Of a stretch of DNA of 64,000 nt, positions 8,617 through 16,187 are shown in pieces. Below the pieces are notes generated by a model. The model ran no database searches. It was not told the DNA's origin and worked only from the letters and a program-made list of their open reading frames with translations. Source of the stretch: Nitrospinota bacterium. GTDB lineage: Bacteria; Nitrospinota; Nitrospinia; Nitrospinales; VA-1. The number at the start of each line of letters is the position of its first letter. The stretch's first letter is position 1. The stretch is from contig JAYNIA010000006.1 of NCBI GenBank assembly GCA_038108555.1, positions 8,774-72,773 of the forward strand. The letters run 5' to 3'. Made by a program: the position numbers and the translations under genes.

Positions 8617-9678
8617 CTAAATTTTTTCAAGTCCGAGTCGTTCGCCCCTATAGGCTCCGGACATGACCCGGCTAACCCAGTCCTCATTTTCCAGATACCA
8701 TTGCACCGTTTTACGGATTCCTGTTTCAAATGATTCCTGCGGTTTCCAGCCCAACTGGTTTTGGATTTTGCTTGCATCAATGGCATAGCGCCTGTCATGA
8801 CCCGGTCGGTCGGTTACATATTTGACCAGGCTGTTGTGGGGAAGATGTTTGGAATCGGGGACCAATTCATCCAGAATTTTGCAAAGAGTCTGGACAACTT
8901 CTAAGTTGGTTTTTTCATTATGTCCTCCAATATTATAAACCTCTCCTGCTTTTCCATTTTCCAGGACCTGCAAAATGGCTTTGCAATGGTCTTCAACGAA
9001 CAACCAGTCGCGCACCTGTTTGCCGTCTCCATATACAGGAAGAGGATCGCCTTTAAGCGCATTGTGAATCATTAAAGGAATTAATTTTTCAGGAAACTGG
9101 TACGGTCCATAATTATTTGAACAATTCGTGGTCAGCACAGGCAAACCAAAAGTTTTAAAATAGGATCGTACCAAATGGTCGGAGGAAGCTTTAGAGGCCG
9201 CATAGGGTGAATTTGGGGCATAGGGAGTTTCTTCCGTGAACAGTCCGGTTTCTCCCAGTGAACCATAAACTTCATCAGTGGATACATGGAGGAAACGAAA
9301 TTTTTCCTTTTGGTCAGGATTTTTTGAAGCCAAATATTTTTTTGCGGTTTCCAGTAATTCAAACGTTCCGATTACATTGGTCTGGATAAAATCTCCTGGA
9401 GCGTCTATAGATCGGTCCACATGTGATTCCGCCGCAAAATGAACAACGCAATCGATTTCATTGGATTCAAAAATTTGGTTGAGATTGTCCCGGTCGCAAG
9501 TGTCTCCCTGTATAAACGTGTAATTGGGATCATTTTCGACAGACACCAATGTGTCTAAATTCCCTGCATAGGTGAGTTTGTCGTAGTTTATGACCTTGGC
9601 CTGGCCCGACTTCATCAGGTTTAAAATAAAATTGCCCCCTATGAAACCGGCACCGCCTGTAATAAAAAAATTTTTCAT
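8617..9678 (-). CDS. rfbB: dTDP-glucose 4,6-dehydratase
   Basis: MKNFFITGGAGFIGGNF, HVSTDEVYG, YAASKASSDHL and RDWLFVEDH. The start is set at internal ATG 9678; the ORF extends to 9771 with a non-homologous leader. Confidence 0.9.
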   Translation of the reverse strand: MKNFFITGGAGFIGGNFILNLMKSGQAKVINYDKLTYAGNLDTLVSVENDPNYTFIQGDTCDRDNLNQIFESNEIDCVVHFAAESHVDRSIDAPGDFIQTNVIGTFELLETAKKYLASKNPDQKEKFRFLHVSTDEVYGSLGETGLFTEETPYAPNSPYAASKASSDHLVRSYFKTFGLPVLTTNCSNNYGPYQFPEKLIPLMIHNALKGDPLPVYGDGKQVRDWLFVEDHCKAILQVLENGKAGEVYNIGGHNEKTNLEVVQTLCKILDELVPDSKHLPHNSLVKYVTDRPGHDRRYAIDASKIQNQLGWKPQESFETGIRKTVQWYLENEDWVSRVMSGAYRGERLGLEKI

Positions 9679-9822
9679 TTCTGTAAAGTTCGGTGTTAAA
9701 ACAAGAAGTGCAGGGAATGCCATCTTTTCGGAAGTATAAGCGTTTGAATCTGTATTTTCAAGATAATGCACCTCCCCTGTTTTACCGATATATCGACATA
9801 ATTCATCTCAATCTCAAATTAA

Positions 9823-10803
9823 ATGCCCTCTTCAATATCTATAGCGGTAATAGTTGTTAACTGGAATGCTGGCGATTACCTGAAAAAATGCTTGCAAAGC
9901 CTGAAAACGCAAACGCTAAAGCCCACCCGGGTAATCGTGGTAGATAATGCAAGCACGGATGAATCAATTGTTGGACTGGAAGATGAGTTTGATGATTTTG
10001 AAATAATAAAACTGGAGGAAAATACCGGTTTTGCTTTTGCCAATAACTTTGCAGTTAAAAAAGCTGAAGATTGTGAATGGATTGCCTTTTTGAATCCAGA
10101 TGCATTTGCGGCTCCTGACTGGTTGGGAAAATTAGCCGAGGCGACCGAGAAGTTTCCGGCGTGTGGTTCCTTTGGCAGTCACATGCTTCGTCATGGAAGT
10201 AATAAGATGGATGGGACCGGTGATGTCTATCATGTTTGTGGATCGGCATGGAGACGCGACCACGATATCCTGGCTTCAAGGGTAAATAGAGAAACCGGTG
10301 AAATTTTTTCTACCTGCGCCGCAGCCTCACTGATTCGAAAAGATCTTTTTGTTGAATTGGGAGGATTCGATGAAAACTTCTTTGCCTATTTTGAAGATGT
10401 GGATTTAGGATTCCGGCTCCAGTTAAAGGGGTATGGGAGTATTTATGTTTCTGATGCAGTGGTGGAACATGTAGGTTCCGCGACTACCAGCAGGTACAGT
10501 GACTTCGCTATATATCACGGTCAGAGAAATTTAGTTTGGTCGTTTGTGCGTAATATGCCCAAGATAGGGTCTTACCTTCCCCAGCATATTCTATTTAATC
10601 TTGCAGCAATCGTTTGGTTTACCCTGAAGGGCAAACCTGGCCCGGTGTTAAAAGCCAAGTGGCATGCAATAAAAGATTTGCCGCGCGTGTGTAAACTGCG
10701 AAAAAGCACACAACGAGAACGGGTTTTGCAAGGCTCGGAAATTTTAAATAAAATGAATCAGGATTTTTTAACGCCTTATTCTCCGCGAAAAAAAGAACTG
10801 TAA
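9823..10803 (+). CDS. Family 2 glycosyltransferase (WbbL/RfbF-like, possibly rhamnosyltransferase)
   Basis: IAVIVVNWN, VIVVDNASTDES, NTGFAFANN, FLNPDAF and GGFDENFFAYFEDVDLGFR are classic GT2 (GT-A) motifs. Confidence 0.85.
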   Translation: MPSSISIAVIVVNWNAGDYLKKCLQSLKTQTLKPTRVIVVDNASTDESIVGLEDEFDDFEIIKLEENTGFAFANNFAVKKAEDCEWIAFLNPDAFAAPDWLGKLAEATEKFPACGSFGSHMLRHGSNKMDGTGDVYHVCGSAWRRDHDILASRVNRETGEIFSTCAAASLIRKDLFVELGGFDENFFAYFEDVDLGFRLQLKGYGSIYVSDAVVEHVGSATTSRYSDFAIYHGQRNLVWSFVRNMPKIGSYLPQHILFNLAAIVWFTLKGKPGPVLKAKWHAIKDLPRVCKLRKSTQRERVLQGSEILNKMNQDFLTPYSPRKKEL

Positions 10804-10805
10804 TT

Positions 10806-12854
10806 TCAGGAAGAAATTTGAGATAGCAAATTATTGATTTGCATTTTTAATGCAGGGTTTTGCGTCAGGGAATAAGCCTGATTCAAATGAGACCTTGCGA
10901 TTTCCATGTTCCCATTCGAGTCAATGATCAACTTCCCCAGATTGTAATGGGAATCGGGAAGCTTCGGATTCAGCTTTAAAGAACGTTCAAATTCTGAAAA
11001 TGCAGGTTCTGGTTGACCCATGCTCAAGTAAAGGATCCCAAGGTTGTTGGACGCTTTTGCTTCAATTTCCGGAGTACCTTTAATATTTTTGAAGGCTTCT
11101 ATGGCAGACTGATATTTCCCCATTTGCTGGAAAATTTTTCCCAGGAGTAACAACCCATTTGCAGATCCTGGGTTTGCAGCAAGAAATTGATTCAAAAATT
11201 TTTCTGCCTCAGAAAAATGTTTTAATTCATAATTCACCTTGGCTAGGCTGAAATTCAAGCTAACGGGCATGGCATAACCCCAACGAAACTCCGTGTACCG
11301 GTCATAAGCCTTTTCCAATGTGGTTTTAGCTTTTTGAAACCATCCTCTTGAAGCGTAATAAGTCCCCAAATTGAGATAGCCCAGTGGAACGGTGGAATTC
11401 AGCTCAATGGCTTTATTAAATTCTTTTTCAGCCAGTCTGAAGTTTTTGTTTTGAGCATGAATGCTTCCCAAGTTGCTATGAGCAAAAGATTTGTAAAAAT
11501 CGGATGCGTTTGACCGCGAAAGTTTCACCAGGGTGATGAGGGCTTTATCGTGTTCTTTGCTTTCCAGGTAAAAGTGGCTCAAGTTGTGTAAAACTTTTAA
11601 ATCGGAGGGGGATTTTTTCAGTGTGTCTTCCCAAAGGGAAATATTTGATAGGTAGGTCGAGTTTCTTTTAATAATCAGCGAACCCTGAAGGGTCAGGAGC
11701 AATATGAGCAGGACAAATCCTTGCTTGATTTGGGTAGATGGTTTCCCAATTACAAAAATACTGTAAAAGGCAGATGAAACCAATAACGTTGGGCCAATGC
11801 CCGGGAGATAAAGATTCCTTTCGCTTAGCAAATCGGCCCTGGGTAAAAAACTGTTGGTAATTGAAATTGTCAAAATAAACCAGAGAAGCGAGAAGGGGAC
11901 GACAGCAGGCAGTTTTTTGAAATTTTTAATGATAATCACAACTAATGATAGCCAAATCAGAACCGGAAGCCATTGAAAAAGGCCATTGATGAACCAGTTC
12001 TCGGTGAAGTCATAATCAAAAATTAGATTGATTGGAAAAAAACAAAGTTTAAATGCGTAGCTTATGATTTGAGCCTGGGAAAGGGCGTAGCTGAAGTCCA
12101 GTTTCGCGGCCCATTTTAGTATCAATTGTTGCAGGGGAGGCTGATAGAAAAATAATGCGATCAGGGAAAAGGCAATAGGAAGGTATAGAAAGGCCAGCCG
12201 GTTTTTAAGGGGAGCCCAGCGGTCATTGTTCATAAAGCATAGATCATACAAAATTATAATTGCGGGCAGGGTTATGCTGGTTTCTTTGCAAAGGAGGGCT
12301 GTACAAAAAGCCGCAAGAACCAAAAAGTAAAAAAAGAGAGCTTTGCCTGAAAATTTTTTCAGGCTTCCTACCGCAAAAACAAGGATGGACAGTAAATAAA
12401 AAAAACCAGACATACCGCTGGCCCGACCGGATAAATAAGTGACGGTTTCGGTGTTGAGCGGATTAATTGCAAATATTATGGCGGTCAGTCCGGCAATACC
12501 AAATGCATCTTTTCCTTTCCACGGGGTCCCATTATCCAGAGTGATAAATAAAAGAAAAAATAATGTCAGAGAGGTTAGGAAATGGAAAGTAATGTTGACT
12601 AAATGATATGCGAAAGGGTCGAGTCCGCTTTGGTTTTGGTTGATGCTAAAGCTTAGGAAAAAAAGGTGCCGGTATTGAATGGGAGAAAAACCCTCGTAAG
12701 AACCCTCTCCAGAACGATTTATCTGTTGTAAAACCGCATGGTCATCAAAGTTAAGAGGAGAGTTCAGCGTGTTCGCATAAGTGACAAGGATCAAAACCAA
12801 CAGGCTGGCGCTCAGGTAAAAAAAAGATGTTTTCGATTTTACAGGCTCAGCCAT
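10806..12854 (-). CDS. Polytopic GT-C-type membrane protein with C-terminal TPR array (TMTC/DUF1736-like)
   Basis: 682 aa. The N-terminal ~400 aa is multi-TM with LNFDDHAVL, GLDPFAYHLVNITFH and INPLNTETVTYLSGRASG, resembling TMTC-type O-mannosyltransferases. The C-terminal ~250 aa is TPR repeats. Its start overlaps the upstream gene's stop by 8 nt. Confidence 0.7.
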   Translation of the reverse strand: MAEPVKSKTSFFYLSASLLVLILVTYANTLNSPLNFDDHAVLQQINRSGEGSYEGFSPIQYRHLFFLSFSINQNQSGLDPFAYHLVNITFHFLTSLTLFFLLFITLDNGTPWKGKDAFGIAGLTAIIFAINPLNTETVTYLSGRASGMSGFFYLLSILVFAVGSLKKFSGKALFFYFLVLAAFCTALLCKETSITLPAIIILYDLCFMNNDRWAPLKNRLAFLYLPIAFSLIALFFYQPPLQQLILKWAAKLDFSYALSQAQIISYAFKLCFFPINLIFDYDFTENWFINGLFQWLPVLIWLSLVVIIIKNFKKLPAVVPFSLLWFILTISITNSFLPRADLLSERNLYLPGIGPTLLVSSAFYSIFVIGKPSTQIKQGFVLLILLLTLQGSLIIKRNSTYLSNISLWEDTLKKSPSDLKVLHNLSHFYLESKEHDKALITLVKLSRSNASDFYKSFAHSNLGSIHAQNKNFRLAEKEFNKAIELNSTVPLGYLNLGTYYASRGWFQKAKTTLEKAYDRYTEFRWGYAMPVSLNFSLAKVNYELKHFSEAEKFLNQFLAANPGSANGLLLLGKIFQQMGKYQSAIEAFKNIKGTPEIEAKASNNLGILYLSMGQPEPAFSEFERSLKLNPKLPDSHYNLGKLIIDSNGNMEIARSHLNQAYSLTQNPALKMQINNLLSQISS

Positions 12855-13902
12855 GTGGATGATTTTTCTCTTTTCGTTTTAATATTGCTACAAAAGCCGC
12901 AACATTGATGACCATAAACACAAAATAAATTGGAATTAAGTTTGGTATCAGGTTGATGTTGTAAACCGTGGTCAATGCTGTCAGGTCAAAATAAAATCCT
13001 ATTACAAATAGGATAGTTATTGCCTTAACGGGTGAAAGGCCAAGTTTCCCAAGGCGGTGGTGAAAATGCTCTGCATCTTTTAGGAAGGGACTGGTACCTT
13101 TAAAGATTCTCCGAAAAAATGCAAAAGTGGTGTCCAGGATAGGAATCAACAGGGTAATCATCGGGATGAGGTAGTAAATTTCATCGGTGTAGCCCTGGTT
13201 CAGAGGGAGCAGGGTAATTACGGAAATTAAAAGTCCCAAAGGCAGACTTCCTGTGTCTCCCAGGATTATTTTGGCCGGTGGGAAATTAAAGATGAAAAAT
13301 CCTAATACACTTCCTGCCAGGATTACTGCCAGAAACGAAGCACCTATGATTTGCCGTTCCAGATAAACGAAGACCAGGGTGAGGCAGGAAAAAAATATAA
13401 TCCCCGGTGCCAACCCATCCATTCCATCAATCAGGTTTATAGCGTTTGTAATACCCACGATCCATAAAATGGTCAGTAAAATGGAAAAATTCCCGAGTTC
13501 AACCAAGTCTCCGATTCGCTCAATCTGGAATCCGCATTTATATAGAATACAGGCAATGATAATTTGCACGGCTAGTTTCAGTCTTGCGGTACATTGGGTG
13601 ATGTCGTCGTAAATACCAAGAATCATCATGGTGCCCGTGCTTACGGTGACAACGGTCAGTAAATATAGGTGTTCAATCATTCCCATAATTTGGAAGAACC
13701 AGAGGGTTGTCAGGAAAGACAGGACCACCGGCACTCCGCCAAAAGATTTTTTTGGGTTTTCTGTGTGGGCGTCGGCGGGATTTAGGGTGAAATCAAAAGG
13801 GGCCTTTATAATTAACCACGTGACAGCTATGGATAATATCAGGGCGATAAAATACCCAATGAGGTAAACCTCGCCAGAAATGGGGAAAGATTCAAATTTC
13901 AT
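12847..13902 (-). CDS. Polyprenyl-phosphate N-acetylhexosamine-1-phosphate transferase (WecA/MraY family, GT4 PNPT)
   Basis: 351 aa, polytopic. GIYDDI, ITNAINLIDGMDGLA and FNFPPAKIILGDTGS are PNPT signatures. Confidence 0.85.
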   Translation of the reverse strand: MKFESFPISGEVYLIGYFIALILSIAVTWLIIKAPFDFTLNPADAHTENPKKSFGGVPVVLSFLTTLWFFQIMGMIEHLYLLTVVTVSTGTMMILGIYDDITQCTARLKLAVQIIIACILYKCGFQIERIGDLVELGNFSILLTILWIVGITNAINLIDGMDGLAPGIIFFSCLTLVFVYLERQIIGASFLAVILAGSVLGFFIFNFPPAKIILGDTGSLPLGLLISVITLLPLNQGYTDEIYYLIPMITLLIPILDTTFAFFRRIFKGTSPFLKDAEHFHHRLGKLGLSPVKAITILFVIGFYFDLTALTTVYNINLIPNLIPIYFVFMVINVAAFVAILKRKEKNHPHG

Positions 13903-14750
13903 TTAAAATGGTTGATGGAGAGTTGCGTGATTCCTCTTAAAAGGATGAAAAAATTGATGGCTCCTCGAACCAAAAAGTTTTGCCTGTGGTGTTTTTTGAA
14001 ATAGTGCATCATTCCCAAATGGCGCTGGACGATCACCCGGATAGAGGTTTTGCTGTTGCTGGTAGATATTTTATGAACAACCGTTGCATCGGGAAAATAG
14101 AGCACTTCCCTTCCCGCTTGATTTATCATGCGGCATAAATCTACATCTTCATTGAATAGAAAATAGTTTTCATCAAATCCGCCCACTGCTTCAAAGGCTT
14201 TTTTCGAAACCATTAGGCAGCAACCTGAGAGCCAGTCGACTTGTCGAATTTTATTATGATCGAAATCAAACATCAAATATTGGCTCGTGAACCTGTTATT
14301 CGGAAACAAGCGGGAAAGGATGGAATATCGATTGAAAAGGCCGGTCCAAATAGTGGGGTATCGTCTACAGGAATATTGCAAACTTCCATCTGGGTTGACC
14401 ACCTTAGGGCCCAGGGCTCCAATTTCAGGGTGAGATTGGACGTGGCGGCACATTGAGGCCAGCGCATCTTCGCTTAATACAGTATCTGGATTTAAAAAAA
14501 CTAAAATATCTCCTTGGGCAATTTTGGCTACCTGATTATTGGCTTTGGAAAAACCTACATTTGAGGAGTTGGAGATAAACTGAGTTTCCGGAAAGGAGGT
14601 CTTTAGGCCCTCAAGTCCAGGATCATTCTCACTATTATCAACAACAATTACCTCAAAAGTTATTCCGCGAACCGTTTTGTAAATGGATTCCAGGCAATCA
14701 TTTAAGGGTTCGCTATTATTATAATTTACAATTATGCAGGAAAGGTCCAC
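13899..14750 (-). CDS. Family 2 glycosyltransferase
   Basis: LSCIIVNYNN, VIVVDNSEND, NVGFSKANN, FLNPD and GGFDENYFLFNEDVDLC. There is a 4-nt ATGA overlap with the downstream WecA-like gene. Confidence 0.85.
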   Translation of the reverse strand: MDLSCIIVNYNNSEPLNDCLESIYKTVRGITFEVIVVDNSENDPGLEGLKTSFPETQFISNSSNVGFSKANNQVAKIAQGDILVFLNPDTVLSEDALASMCRHVQSHPEIGALGPKVVNPDGSLQYSCRRYPTIWTGLFNRYSILSRLFPNNRFTSQYLMFDFDHNKIRQVDWLSGCCLMVSKKAFEAVGGFDENYFLFNEDVDLCRMINQAGREVLYFPDATVVHKISTSNSKTSIRVIVQRHLGMMHYFKKHHRQNFLVRGAINFFILLRGITQLSINHFK

Positions 14751-14973
14751 TTTGCATGCCGGTTGTTGCTAAAAGGTAGGGCTTGAAAAAACGAGCTTTC
14801 TGACCTCTGATTATTGCCCAATTTTCCATTAATTTCAATGGGATTGCCCGTTGATCCCCTGCTTCTAACCCTCAAGTACTTTTCCTAAAATGCCGATTGG
14901 GATAAGATGATGGGGGAAATTGCAATAGATCCGGAGAGAAAACAGAAAGCTAATGACTGGAGAGGAAAATTAA

Positions 14974-16113
14974 ATGGGAAAAAGAGTATTGGTAACAGGA
15001 GGGGCAGGTTTTATAGGGTCCCATACTGTCGATGAATTGATTGCTCAAAATTACGAGGTTCGGGTTTACGACAATCTCAATCCACAAGTGCATGGAGAAA
15101 ACCCGGAAAAACCCGATTACCTGCATCCGGGTGCAGAATTTATCAGGGGAGATGTTCGAGACCGTGATCATTTATTTCGAGCCATTAAAGATGCTGATCT
15201 CATTATCCATGATGCGGCAGAGGTGGGTGTGGGGCAATCCATGTACTCTATCGACCAATACATTTCCACCAACGTTCAGGGAACAGGAGTACTTTGGGAT
15301 ATCCTGGTGAATGAAAAACATAATGTGGAAAAGGTTCTGGTGGCCAGCTCTATGAGTCTTTATGGAGAAGGTTCCTACGAATGCGAAGAGCATGGCAAGA
15401 TTTCTCCCAAACCCCGACCCGATAGTCAATTAGCTGAAGGACAATGGGAGATGCTTTGTCCAATATGCTCCATGCCGGTAACTCCCTTACCCACGGATGA
15501 AAATAAGGAGCTCGACTGCACATCGGTTTATGCGCAAAGTAAAAAAGATCAGGAGGTGTATTCCCTAATGATTGGTAAGGCACATAATATTCCCACAGTG
15601 GCTTGTCGCTATTTCAATTGTTATGGTCCCCGTCAATCCTTAAACAATCCTTATACCGGTGCAGCAGCCATTTTTTGTTCTGCAATAAAAAATGACACGC
15701 CACCTCTGATCTATGAAGATGGAAACCAGCGCAGGGATTTTATACATGTAAAAGACCTGGTGCGTGGCAAACTTCTTTTATTGGAACAGGCAGATTATGG
15801 TATCTTCAATATTGGAACAGGAAAACCTTTTTCCATCCTTGACCTTGCAGAAACACTTATTGAGCTTTGTGGAAAGTCATTTAGGCCGGATGTGATTTAC
15901 AAGTTTCGCAATGGTGATATACGAGACTGTTATGCCGATATATCAAAAATAAGTGAATTGGGTTTTAAACCTCAATATTCACTAAGAGAAGGATTGCAAA
16001 ACCTCATCGACTGGAGTGATGGGCAAAAAGCGGTTTCTAAAGTAAAAGACGCCCACCAAAAATTGGTTGATAAAGGACTGGTTCTCGAAACCCAACCGGT
16101 TCCCAGCAAATAA
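14974..16113 (+). CDS. NAD-dependent epimerase/dehydratase (extended SDR) with ~38-aa Cys/His insert
   Basis: VLVTGGAGFIGSH and YAQSK (YxxxK). An insert SYECEEHGKISPKPRPDSQLAEGQWEMLCPICSMPVT lies between SLYG and the catalytic Tyr. Confidence 0.85.
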   Translation: MGKRVLVTGGAGFIGSHTVDELIAQNYEVRVYDNLNPQVHGENPEKPDYLHPGAEFIRGDVRDRDHLFRAIKDADLIIHDAAEVGVGQSMYSIDQYISTNVQGTGVLWDILVNEKHNVEKVLVASSMSLYGEGSYECEEHGKISPKPRPDSQLAEGQWEMLCPICSMPVTPLPTDENKELDCTSVYAQSKKDQEVYSLMIGKAHNIPTVACRYFNCYGPRQSLNNPYTGAAAIFCSAIKNDTPPLIYEDGNQRRDFIHVKDLVRGKLLLLEQADYGIFNIGTGKPFSILDLAETLIELCGKSFRPDVIYKFRNGDIRDCYADISKISELGFKPQYSLREGLQNLIDWSDGQKAVSKVKDAHQKLVDKGLVLETQPVPSK

Positions 16114-16187
16114 ACTGCTTTTTTACCACAAACCCTGGAATCAATTCCTTTATTTCAGGTATATCCACAAAAAATCAGGGATAGGAA

